From: Cetorhinus maximus
Taxonomy: Eukaryota
DNA length: 64,000 nucleotides
Direction of reading: 5' to 3'
Assembly (NCBI RefSeq): GCF_964194155.1
Contig: NC_135882.1
Coordinates: 116,808,001 to 116,872,000, forward strand
In this document: positions 49,740-62,378 of the stretch, piece after piece
Layout: every line of letters starts with the position of its first letter
How positions within the stretch are numbered: position 1 is the stretch's first letter
Made by a program: the position numbers and the translations under genes
Notes under the pieces: generated by a model
What the model was told of the DNA's origin: nothing
The model's database searches: none
Seen by the model: the letters and a program-made list of their open reading frames with translations, nothing else

Positions 49740-51153
49740 CAGTTAAACCTGTACAAATGGACGCCTGCAAATAGTGGACACACACTGACAGCCCCATATA
49801 ATTTGTGCCATAATATACAATCTGCCCCTTGAAACCACGGTCACTCACAAGTTACGAACTACAGAGAACTTTCAAATCACCAAGTGCGTTTGCAACTGGA
49901 AACACTGCAAACAGGTAAGTGTGGGGTGGCAATGGGTGAAAAATAGTTGACTTTTGCTTTTACGGCAGTTTATTTACCTAAGGTCCACAGTGGCAGAGAA
50001 GCCACTCTGGGATTGAGTGCTTGTACGGTTCGTTTGAGGAATAGAGGAGTTTCTCTACCATAACGGATGCTGGATAAAAAAACTCCCACGTTCAACAAAA
50101 TGACCAGTTATATCGCAAAATGGAGCATGGGTCTCCCGGCGCTTTCTTGAGATTATTTACATGGGCGATCATTAGATTACATTCCTGCTGCCACGTACAC
50201 TTCTTCCCCCACCCCAAACTCTCCATCATCCTCCTCTCTCTCCATGATGTAATCTGACACCATCACAGAGCCATGACTGCATGGAGTACAATTAGAAGGG
50301 AACAGAAGGGTTCAGACATTCAGAAGGGGGTCTGATATGGAGTGGCCTCAGCACTGGTGGACTCTGAAATTAGAAGTATGGGGTGGGGGGGTCGCTCTGA
50401 ATTTGGGTGGGGGTAAGAGATAGGGAATGGGGCCTTACGAGCAAAGGAAAAATGGAATAGCTTTGGAGTTGGGAGATTGAGGCTGAAGCAGGGGTGGAGA
50501 ACGCTTGAGTGAGTACCATCATTCTCTGTAGAGTCAGCAGCATGCACAACAATATAAGAGTGGGAACAGCGGTTAAGTGGAAAAACAGATTGCAAAGGGA
50601 AGAAGAATGTTCTTCGGCAGGGCTATTAGACTGTGGGATCCATCACCACATTTGGCTACTGAAATAATAGTTAATATGGAAAGGAAGGTGATAAATACCT
50701 CTGAAAGAATAATATGCAAGGACCTTGAGGTGTGGAGGAGAGGATTACAAGAGAGCCACCTGTACCATGTCTGTAGGCATTCTCTTGTGCTATAATTTCT
50801 CAATTCCCTTTCTCATCTGCTTGCAAATATTCTCTTTGTTCTTGGGGCTTCTGTTAAATCAGTGCAGGCTGCCAGCATAGCAAAAGCCAGAATCGGGAGA
50901 TCTCTCCCTCAATGGAAAGGACCCCAGGATGATAATGAACTGAGAAACCCAAAAAACAGAAAATAAAACTTAAATTGTATCCTGCTGACAATTCTCCAAA
51001 ATCAGACATGATCAGATGAGAGTGAAAAAAAGGACATCCAGCCAATTCTGGGATATTTGGCTAATCCAGTTTATTGTACATACAATGGCCATTTTAAAAA
51101 TAAGAACATCTGATGTAAGTCTCTTAGTTGTCCCTAATTTTCAGGTTTAACTG
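49740..51153. mobile_element. Tc1/mariner-superfamily (pogo/Tigger-like) non-autonomous element
   Basis: TA-CAGTTAAACCTG ... CAGGTTTAACTG-TA: perfect 12-bp outer TIR, imperfect to ~24 bp, TA TSD; no transposase motif recognised. Confidence 0.7.
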
Positions 51154-51249
51154 TATCACAGTGGATGTGGTGCTGCAGAACTAGTGCATAACAGTTGAGT
51201 CAAGCCATTCTATGTTTTGTGAAAAATCAATCTTTTGTTCTTGCATTCT

Positions 51250-53080
51250 GTGTTGCTACTTTAATACACCTTTTTTATTCAGAGAATAGCTTAAAGTAAC
51301 ATTGTTTAACTCAGTGTTTTCCCATTTGTTGGGCAAAACCCATTCATTAGTTCCTGACATTTTTGTCTGCTGGTTAAACTATCCCGTTCATGTATTCCAA
51401 ACCTTAGATTGTGGCAGTTATTTTTTTAAAATGTACCTGTTTATTGCCACAGATTTAATACAAATTTGGAAATAGCAGTAAAGTAATTAAATGTGACTTG
51501 AGTTTCAAGAAAGAATGGAAACAGAGACATTGCTGATTTTGCAAAGACGGGTTTTAATTTACTATTTGGAATCAAATGCTAGAAAGAGCTGATTCTAAGA
51601 AGCTGCTAAGAGCTTCTACCAAGTATATTTAAGTACAAATAAATTACTTTAAATAGACAAAGTAAAAGTTGGCATTTTCTAATGAGGCATGCATTAGATT
51701 GTGACGTGCAGCGGTGACTTAATAAATAGACTATATTTGTTAGATGTGAGTTGGAATACAGTTAAATTATAAGTCACACAAACTAAATCATATCCACAAT
51801 ATAAATTGAATCACTATGATTTAATTTTTGACTGTCATTGGAATTTGTAATTTATGTTCTGTGCACAATACTCAAGTAAAAATACTGCCATTATAAAAAC
51901 ACCTCTTACAAATAAATGCTTACTATTTCACAGAAAATAGGCTGATATTGAAAAAGAAATTGAAAACTGCTGCTTTATTGAGATTAACTCCCACTGTGCA
52001 GATAGAACAGTCCAGGAATTCAAGGTTAATACATTTACAGGTCATAGCTGCATATTGTGTAATACTGCATCAGTTCTACAAAAATGTTTGTTCTTCACAA
52101 TTAAATATCAATTATTATTAATCCAATACTCCGGCTCAATGTTTAGTAATTTTTAAACATTTTATGAGGAAATATTCATGGCACTTAACATTCATTGCTT
52201 TTTAACATTAATTTTGTATTGAGGTCACATACATTTGACAATATTATTCAGGTGTGTGTTCATAAATACATAGGCATACATGTGCACATGTCACATTAAA
52301 ATTCCAATTTTACATATAAAATATTTTGTGAGGCTGAAAGGAAATGTTAACCTACTTAAAAAAAGGACAACCAGAGTGTAAACTAATGCAAGCTCCTAGG
52401 GCAATACTGTAAGCAGTGGCACACTTTTTAAAAAAAAAAGCATAACAGTATATTCCCTCCATTGTTTTTTCATTGTGGACTACTTAATACCATTTAATCA
52501 TCTTTGGAGAAGAGGAGCTATTGATATCTCTATAATGACATTTCATTTTTTTTGTGCTGAACCAGTAAGATCTATCATTTAAACGAGCCAAGGCCAACAA
52601 TGTGCATCAGCTGTTTCCCTTCCCCACCTCCTCTCCCAGTTTATTTTTGTATTAGATTTAATGTAGTGGCACTGAGCTAATCAGTGTGATCAATTTGGGA
52701 TTTAAATAACAGTAAACCATGAGGAAAGAACCAATTGAGGACATGACCATCTTTCTGGTCAACAGAAGTTGCTACTCAAGAGCAAACTTTTACAAACATG
52801 TGTTTATATGGTTTGTAAAGTGAACTGAAAAAATATTTAAAATATATGCTATTAAATTATTGTTGATACTGGATTTCAAGTATTTATCTGACATATTTAA
52901 ACTGATTTTGAAAAAGACTTGGATAAAATGTAATGCCATATGCTTTCACAAAAAATGGACTGAATTTTGTCTTAAGCTAATATTGCTAGGTTTTTTCAGT
53001 AGTGCAAAGCAAAGTTTATATTGTTGCATAAATATTAATGAGCTAATTAATATATTTCTGTAGTTCTCCAGGTCAGTCAC
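51250..53080 (-). other. Repeat-free AT-rich region resembling a 3'UTR/terminal exon
   Basis: Minus-strand AATAAA at ~51275, ~51440 and ~51974; no TE insertion over ~3 kb in an otherwise TE-saturated window. Confidence 0.35.
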
Positions 53081-54724
53081 TGAAAATTGCACTGGGTAGG
53101 AATGGCCTCATGTTATATATAGAAGCCATTTCCTCCCTGGAAAAGTATTAAAAGCTGATGTTTTGCAATACCTGACCCATTGGTCAGATAGGTTAATGAA
53201 ATTCCATTAAAAGTAAACTTAGCTGCAATGCACACCAAGTGCCCCATTTGACAATGGAGCATATTGCCTTGGGCAGTAATGGCAGACACATTACCCAATA
53301 ATGTACCAATTTTCTGTTGCTAGCACTTCAGATATTAATTCATGTTGCCTGTTATTCTTCCTCAGTGAGGTACCAAGGTTCAAAGATTCACAGCAAATAA
53401 TGGAGAGAGATCAAATAGGACTCAACGTATATGTAGTAAAATATGTTTATTCTGTGAATGTGTAACAAATTCATTTTCCCACCTCTCTCAAATTGAAAAT
53501 CAGACTAATGTTCTTAAAATGGCAGTCTAATAATGCCGAAACATATTGGGCTTTTCTGAGAAGAGAAAATTAGCAATGATTTTTTGAAGGTGTAATATCT
53601 TTGGAACACTTAGAACTCATTTTCTAGAAAAAGCTTCTCTCTGCTCATAAATCAGTCCTAGAGTAACAGTTGGCTAAACTATACATTCAAAATCTCTAAT
53701 AGAACATCAGTGTCTACCTCTTTGATTACAGCATAACATGAAATATTAATATCACATCTATATTCTAATTTTGGGATATGATGTATCAAGCTATTTGAGT
53801 ATATTGTAATTAGATAATCATTGATTGCATTAGAAATTTAGATGAACACAAACGACGGGTCACATCAAGATTTAGTTGACACAATAGCATGGAGTAATAC
53901 TGTATTAATGGAGGCCTTTTGTTGTGTAAATGAATATTTTAAATCTTGAAGCCAATTTCCAGAAACTTGTGGTGCAATTAACTTACAAAACTGCCACTTT
54001 CAGCAGCCCTGACTTCGGCAGTAATGCAGCAAGGTTTCTGAAGCACTGGGATCCATCTAAGCAGATGGTTTTCATCAGCATCTATAAAGACATCGACACT
54101 GAAGCAGTTATGCAAATACAACCCTCAGCACATAGTTGCTACACATTTTTTGACTGTGAATGAGCTCTGCACTCAGCCTATCCACACAGGTCAATGATGG
54201 GTTTTTTTTCTATCACTGGCCTGCAAGAACCTACCTCAGCCATTTGGCACAATCTGCCTACATTTGTACTTGAAGTCTTTAATGTAAATGCAATATTACA
54301 ATGGGCAACTAAACTTGTGGGAATCTTGTTATAGCTGTAATAGCTTAGAAGGGGATATAGTAGCCGAGTGATTAGGATACTGGATTAACAGCCAGCAGGT
54401 TTTGCTTTCAAATCCCAACATGACAAGTTGTAAAATTGATATTCAATAAAATACCTGTCAGTGAAACATAATTAGAAATCTGCAAGTGAAAAGTGAAACA
54501 CTGGAATTGGGTAAAGCAAAGAAAGCTAGGAGTTGAGATGTTGCAGATCTTCAAACATGTATTGTAACTGTGAGCAGCTTTCCCCTCCCACCCCCATCCT
54601 CCCTAGATTTTCTTTTCTGACAACAGTGAGTCATGTTGGGTACAGTTCATTGGCTGCATGCATTACTTCAATTACTTTGTCCAAAATAATGCTTCAAATG
54701 CATGCCTGCAAAATAAGAAATGTA

Positions 54725-55030
54725 AAATTAATTCTTGTGGTATGGGCATCGCTAACAAGGCCAGCATTCACTGACCACCCTTAGTCACCTTTCAGGCAGT
54801 GGTGAAACTGCTACCATGAACTGCTGCAGCCCATCTTTTGAAAGTACTTGAAGTACTGTTATGTAAGGTATAATGACTATGAGAAAAGAGCAATATATGT
54901 CCAGGGCTGGTAGGTGGCCTGGAGAGCAACTTGGTGGTGGTGGGCTTCCAGCCACTGGCTGCCTTTGCCCTTCTAGGTGTTGGAGTTCGCATGTTTATGA
55001 AGTGCTGTTGAAGGAAGTGTTTGGGAGGAA
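54725..55030 (-). mobile_element. HER1/HE1-type 3' tail fragment
   Basis: tgggcatcgctaacaaggccagcatt..ggtggtg..gaactgctgcag..ggagagcaacttggtggtggtg is the reverse of the tail seen at 1545-1738. Confidence 0.6.
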
Positions 55031-57537
55031 ACTTTACCATGAAGCATCACAACTCAGCTTAATCCTACCCTCATCAATACTTAATTTGCACATCTCCACC
55101 AGAAAGTACTAGCTAGTGATCAGAAACAGGAACTGTGCGTGATTACTTTCCCCTTTTTCCTTTTGAGAATCCTCTCCTAAAATAAGCTAACTCAGCACAG
55201 TCCTATCTAGGACTTTCTTGGTCTGTGTAGCCTATAATTACCAGACCACTCGCTGGTCTTGTGAGTTGACGTCATTTAAAAAAAAATACGTAAAGGGTTG
55301 GTTATATAAAGAAAAATTAAAACTTGACGTCAATTTGTTGCATTTAAATATAATTAATTCTTGCTCTTTTAACGCAACATGTCAATAATTATAAAATAGA
55401 AAGACAACTTCTAGTCACTGCATCAAAAAAATCAAAATTCCATGAAGTTTCAATGTTACAATTAAAGCATCTTACATTATCCAACCCTATATTTGGACCT
55501 GTTTTTATCTGGCAAATGGCACATTACCTTCAAGCTCATTAATATTTGGCTTTTCCCTTACCTCCAGATACAGAGATTACTTGATTTCTACTTCCTGTAT
55601 TTCATCAAGCTGCTTAGATTCTGCTGAAAGATGATCTTGTACATCTACAAATTGAAGCTAACCTTGAAGACCCTGACGTGCTCCAAAATTGTCAGGCTAC
55701 AAATTTTACGTTCATACTGTGCAGTTACAGTGCTTTAATTGTTTTCCCCCAGGAACCTTTATAATTTTGTATTCTTGTTGGTCTGTTAAATTCATTTCCC
55801 TCTCTCGGCAGCATTTTGGCAAGTAAGTGCCATTTAATTCCCATTGTATAGCCACAGTGTGTTTGCAAACAAATGCAGAAAAACCTTCCTGACAATCTTG
55901 TCCATTTAATATCATCAGAGTAGCAGCACCACCAACACAATGCTATTTTGGAGGTGGATTAATGTTTCTGGTCCCCTACGGCCTTTCACTGACAGCACAT
56001 CCTACAATGATTGACAAAACATGTGTTGTGAGGTCTTATTCCAGTACTCCAACATATATTTGAATACAATTCATACAAAACAGGAAGAATGCTTGGAAAA
56101 TTGAGTCCTAAATCTTTAACATTCCTTCTAATGTAAATGAGAGCAACATTTTCATTCGCCTAAACATTAGGTTAACGCATTGCTGCTTTTTTATATTCTT
56201 CCAATGCCAATGCTTCAGAGAGTTATGCCAATGCACTATAGCAAGGAATTGTAGATCAGTTGCTGATCTGTTACCAAAGGAAGCTCCTTGCACACTCCCA
56301 TATTACCAGTTAACTGAGGAGGAACAGATACAGACGTGTGGGGGAGTCACTTGTTTCTTTAGTTGTGGATGACAGGTGGTGCAGGGGATCTATTCTAAAG
56401 AAGAAGGAAAATAAAGGAGAAAAATATTTGACTTGATGTGCAGCAGTAATTAGCACATTATTATAGCATAGAAATTTAACCTTAAATAATTGTAGACTAT
56501 AATTTGTAGTCTAAAAATGTAGCCAGATTTGACCTTATTGAGCTTATCTTTAACCTTATGCATAGTTAAATGCTTAACCTTTAACCATGCATATCATTGC
56601 ATGGAGTGGAAATTCTATACGTGGAAATATTTTAAATCAGTTTTAATCTTATTGGAGTTTATCTGCATTGGCCTCAACCTTGTTACAGTGCAACCTTATA
56701 TTCCTCTGATTTCTTAGAATATTTTATGCTCATTGCATTACCTAAAGAAACGAATATTGGCCTGTGATTTCAGGTTACTGCAACACATCTTATTCCGCCA
56801 CTATATTTGGTAGTACTGTTAATTATGAAGCAGTGTAGGCTAATTGGTAGCATGGCTGATTCAAATATTTACAATTTATTTGACTATTTTCAGTTCATCC
56901 AAGCAATATTTCTCCTGACCTTCAAAGGTTTTAGCATCAAATGTAGCCATCTTAATTACTTAGCACAATTAAATTACGAGAAAGCTAGCTGATTGATTTT
57001 TCTTTTTCTATTAGTTCCAATAACCAATTTTAATTCCCCCTTCCAATTTAATTGCCATCCAATGGTTTCAAATGACAACTCCAGCCTCCAATCTATTACA
57101 GACGAGGAGAGATGTCAAATAATTTTCCCCCTTTTCTCACCTCTTGACTGACTGCAGCAAGATGTATTTTTGAGAAGGTGTGTTTTAACCCCTTGGGTGC
57201 TGTGACTTTAAAGAACAGACACAAACAGTCATTTCTTGTAAGTTTAAATCAAAAGAAAGGATACATGTTTATTTTTCACACCATATGATATGTAAACGTA
57301 ACACATACTCCCCAAACGCACGTGTGCACACTCACAAGAAAGGATGATTTTTAAAGATGGACTGTGTACTTAGATTAATAAAGAGTAAAAAGAAACAGTT
57401 CATTTGTGTACAAAGTCTTTAAGATGGTGATTGAAACATTGCCAGCCTGAAAGATTCTCTCTTGGTTCACTGGAGACAATGGAGTTTCTGGCTGCTTCAG
57501 ATGAAATTAAGGTTGAGCTCCTGTAGTGAAGAAATAT

Positions 57538-58340
57538 AGGCCTGGATTTTCACCAAGACAGGGTGACTTGGGAGCTAAAATTGGCGTCTGGGACCCAATT
57601 CCAGGATTGCTAACCCCATTCCCAGGGTTTCTGATTTTCAGAAGCGCATTTTATGGTTACTGGCTGGTCCAGGTCAAAAGCCCGTACTCTACAGTCCTGA
57701 CCTGGCCGTCTCTATTACGGGGATAGGCATGTCCTAGTGCTCTGCAATTTTCATGGAGTTGGGCCAGGCTTTCAATGAATCATTGTTCATGGCACCTCAG
57801 AAGTGTTGTGAACCATAGTCTGCAAGGTGTGGGGGGGGTGGTGGGAGTGGGGGCGACGACCTTTTAAAAGGCAAGTTCAAAAGGTCCTCCTCATGAACCG
57901 CATGCAAAGGCCTGTTAACCAAACAAGCCCTATGGCCCCTTATGCCATCCACCCATCCCCACTGCCAACCTATGGCACTTTCATGCCCATTCACCCACTA
58001 TACACTGTGTAAAACCAATGAACCCTGTAGTGACAATGGGATATGTTTATAAAAAAGCTTTGAAATAAATAATCATTCATTGATAACTTTCCATTTAAAA
58101 GAACTCCAGTAAAAGTGTCAATCACCCAGATCCTGTTAAAGTCTTAACAGCTGGAATTGAAGCACTTGAAACCTCTATTTTATGTAAGTAAACATTGTGA
58201 AGTTAACAGCAATAATAAGAGAGCCAGAGCTGTCAATCAAGCAATGTTTTCTCTGGGGTTCAGGTGTTTCAACAAGCTAATGGATTTCTGGGCTCTCAAC
58301 AAAGCCTTGTTAAGTATTCTTGGCTGAAAGCCCAGAAATT
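57538..58340. mobile_element. Harbinger-type non-autonomous element fragment
   Basis: GGCCTGGATTTT start; 57540-57960 similar to 23945-24340; right end not defined. Confidence 0.55.
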
Positions 58341-58498
58341 CATTGGAGTACTAACAGGGTTCCCTCTTTTCTCTACACCCCAGACTGACCTGCTGAGCTG
58401 CCCTTGCTCTCTCTCCAGCCAGTTTCAGTAATGTGATGACAGTATCAATGTATTTTATTGTGCACACAATGGGTTGAAGCAGATGTAATTGATACATA

Positions 58499-58615
58499 GG
58501 GCAGAATTTTACTGCCTCGTTTCAGCGGAGACGGGGCTGTAAAATGCGGCGGGCCATTATAAATCCCATTGACGACAGAGGGAACGTAAAATCCCGCTGT
58601 CGTAAAATTCTGCCC
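58499..58615. mobile_element. 117-bp Harbinger-type MITE
   Basis: Perfect TIR GGGCAGAATTTTAC / GTAAAATTCTGCCC, TSD ATA/ATA. Confidence 0.9.
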
Positions 58616-59052
58616 ATAAAGTGGGGAATGTTTTGATATCTCATTAACATTCCAGCTATGATTGTCCCACTGAATGACTTTATTTGAAATTCCAGCTTCA
58701 TGGGGCCGGCAGGTTTAGCAGCCTTTATCATTTTTAACCTCTTTCATTTGAAATGGTGAGAAGGGTGGTCAATCAGTACCTGGACAAGCCAAATGTATTC
58801 CAGGTAACTTCCCAGAGATATGTTCAGACATATTCGTCCCTGTCTGTACAGAAACCACAAAATAAGTCACCTGACTCTGAGTCCATTTTGTGAAGGTACA
58901 GTGTCAATATTCCATATTGCTTTTTTTTTAAAAAAAAAGCCAAGTGGCCATCTTCCAAAGCTTTACAGGCATCTGACATTACCACAACAAGTGGAATGGG
59001 TTAGCTCCAATGCATATTAGACATTGCAAACCAGACATTTAGTATATTCTAT

Positions 59053-59750
59053 GGCTTGAAATTTTCATTTGTCAGGCATGCACGATCAGCAGGCCCAGAA
59101 GTGGAAGGGAAATGGGCCTCCGGCTGCGATCGGCCACTGACCACGATTTTGAGCTGGCTCGCCAATTAATGGCCAGCCAGTGTGAAACACGTGCTGAAAT
59201 GTTCAGGGCTGCTGGGGTGGGGGTGGGAAGAGGGCAGGGGCTGGCCTAACTGACGGCGTGGGTGAGCGCCTCTAGTGAGCTCCCTGAAGGCATACAGCTT
59301 CCCCGGTGAGCTGCAGACCTCCACAGTATAAAGGAAACAACAAAAATGCTTCAAAATATGTCCATGCAGCACAATCAAGCACCTGAAAGCATACCTCGTA
59401 ATAAAAAACAGTCCCCAGATACCTCTTTTTAGTTTATTTCCCCTTGGAGATTTCACCCCACCTTGGATCGAGGTTTGAGCAAAAATGTGAATGCCACAAG
59501 GGAGAATGGCCCATCCGCCAACTGTAAATGTGGACGGGGCATGGAAAACTGCTGTTAATTGCATAGTTAATGGGCTTAATTGCTCGCATAATTGTCGGCA
59601 GGCGTGCTACCGACTGCCACATGCACCAGCTGAATGAAATAATGCACATGTGCACGATGACATCAGGATGCTCGCCTGACTCTATCTCGTGCTATTTCAC
59701 GTCTATTCGGGTCGGGCACGCACTCGCCTGCAGGATGTAAAATTCTGGCC
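59053..59750. mobile_element. Diverged palindrome-rich MITE
   Basis: GGCTTGAAATTTT / AAAATTCTGGCC, TSD TAT/TAT; same module order as the copy at 25424. Confidence 0.78.
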
Positions 59751-61337
59751 TATGGCTTAAACTTATTATCCCAACAATGTAATAGACTGAAAAGTAGATT
59801 AGAAAATCAGATATTTTTAAATGCCCTTGCTGGTCCTTTGGCCCTAACTCACGTGCAGGGAGTCTAGAATTTACATTCTATCAATAAAACAGTTAGTGCC
59901 TGAGGCTTTGGAGCATGTATTCTGTCCACAGGGGAAAAAATTTACATTCTCTGTGTAAGAGTTTTGGACTTTCTGAATACAGATTCATCTGAGTGATTTT
60001 CAAAATAGAACAGGTATTTTCTTCATTGACATTATCTAAAATTAACATTAAAAGAGTTGTTAAATACATCTTGGAGTTGGATAAAATAAAATCCACGTGA
60101 AAGATTGTTCATCAAAGCATTTTGTTCTTCTGGCTCTTCTGTCTGCAAACCAAAAAGAAAGGTTTGCTAAAATGCAATCATGAAAATAGCCAGTTATGAG
60201 ATCATTGTGGAGGCACTGCAACTTAATTTGTCCTTTACATTGGTAGACTTCCATGCCTATACCGAAGTATATGTGCTGAAACCAATGAAAATGTATGGAT
60301 TTAATGGGCATGTTGACGTTAATAGTGCTTTTAACAGGCGAATGCCATCAAATGCACAAACTAAAAGGACATAAAGTGCTGACACATTAATATTTCAACA
60401 ATTCGCAATTGCCTTGTTTACAAAAAAATTGTTTTAAAATATTGTAACATTAATGGGGTACATACATGAAACTATGGGCGGAATCGTCCCAGATTTGCAC
60501 CAAGTGCAATAGCTGACGGGTAAAATTATGTTCGACCTGACGGCCGCAATGGTGGGTTTTCATCATCCCAAACCTGCTGCATTAGTTATGCATTCCTAGG
60601 AAACATGCTGTTTCGATAGCGGGTGGGCGGTCATTCGCCCGCCATACCATCATCTTGCCTCTTCCTCAAGCCAGGTGCCATATTTAAACTCCACCCATAC
60701 ATATACATCTCAGTGCTTCCAGCCTACGACTACTGCAGGGAACATATCCACGAAAAGCAAAAAGATTGCAGTCACTGGAATGCCTTTCGACACCATGGGG
60801 GTTACTGCGATGTCCTCTACTCCCACTCTGACTGCAGGATGTGCAGCAGCGTGATCAACCAGGCTTGGGAGGTGGTGATCGGTACCAATGCTGCACAGAA
60901 GAGGTTGGCCTTCTAGTGCAGATAGAGGATCAATGATCTCATCCGTGCAGCCAGGGTATGGCAACCATCTCTTCACTCTAAACTCACACATTCAAGCCCA
61001 TCACACATTCACTGGCATCTCACTCTGCCAGCTCAAGGGACATCACCACCCATTCTCACACACATACCCTCACATGTCCATCTGGCCTCATCTCCTCTAG
61101 AGACTACCTCCTCAGCCCTCACCATCTTGCAGCCACTTGAAGATCAACATGTGCCCTCACACACACCCTGGGTTACCCTCCTTCCCCAGTGCAGCCCTCA
61201 CCCTGCAGCCCCTTCCCTTGCCTGAAGCCACTTCTCCCCTTTTGCCAAGCAAGACCTTGCCCTGTAACCATTGAAAAGTCACCCATGTATGGCTGATCTA
61301 GTAGGTAGAGACCTACCCGTGAGCCCCCCTAAAAGTG

Positions 61338-62378
61338 ATTTTTTTTTATTCATTCATGGGATGTGGGCATCGCTGTCTAGGCCAGCATTTATTGCCCATC
61401 CCTAATTACCCTGTGCAGAGGGCATTTTAAGAGCCAGCCACATTGCTGAGAGTCTGGGGTCATATGTAGGCCAGACCAGGTAAGGACGGCAGATTTCCTT
61501 CCCTAAAGGGCATTAGTGAACCAGATGGGCTTTTATAACAATTGACAACGGTTTCATGGTTGTCATTAGACTTTTAATTCCAGGGGCAGGATTTTACAGT
61601 TGGGGTGCAGGGGCAGGCCCGACTTGCTGACGTGTAAAATGACACGCAATGACATTGGGCGTGCATCCTGATATCATTGCGCTGAGTTGTGATGTTTCGT
61701 TCGGCAGGTGGGCGCCAGCGTCGGCTGCATGCCTGCCAATATGTAAACGACCTATTAAGGCCATTAAGGAACTAATTAAGGTAATTGTAAACGCTACCCA
61801 TCCAACCTTAAAGTTGGTGGGCAGGCAAAAAGGCCAAGTGGCCCTCATGTTTTTTAGGAAACCTCATCCACGAGCGGGATGAGGTTCCCTAAAGCTTTTA
61901 GTAAATTTTTATTAAAAATTAATAAATATAAAAACATGTCCCATCTCATGTGACACAGTCACATGAGGGGACATGTTTCTTTAAATTTTTATTGCATTAA
62001 TTTATTTTTTTAAAAAGTACTCAATCTCCCTGAGGCAGCTTCATGCCTCAGGGAGATTGAAGCACTCTTTCTGGCCCAACTCTCCCTCCTCCCCCTGCCC
62101 GCACAGGTAGCACTATCGCTTGTGTCTTACGCTGGGCGGGCCTTAATTGGCCTGCCCGCATAAAATGGCGTGGAGCCGATCGCGGGTGGCGATTGGCTCC
62201 GCGACTGCCCTCGCCTGCTCCCGCCGTGCCTGCTCGCCACCTGAAAAATTCAGGCCCAGATTTTTATTAGATTCAAATTCCCATTTGCCATGATGGGACT
62301 TGAACCTGAGTCCCCAGAGCATTACCCTGGGTTTCTGGATCACTAGCCCAGCAACAATACCACTACATCATCACCTCC
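61338..62378 (-). mobile_element. HE1-type SINE split by a MITE
   Basis: T-tail at 61338, body to 61583, resumes at 62257 through the tRNA-like head (ttgaacc..cactacatca). Confidence 0.88.
61584..62256. mobile_element. Palindrome-rich Harbinger-type MITE
   Basis: GGGCAGGATTTT / AAAATTCAGGCC, TSD CAG/CAG. Confidence 0.88.

Noticed and set aside
55921-55942. TAGCAGCAC miR-15/16-like seed
   Set aside because: The remaining sequence does not match the family and no precursor hairpin is evident.
57153-57530. Possible minus-strand LTR fragment
   Set aside because: Only a TG start and a TTTATT are visible; no matching end or TSD found.
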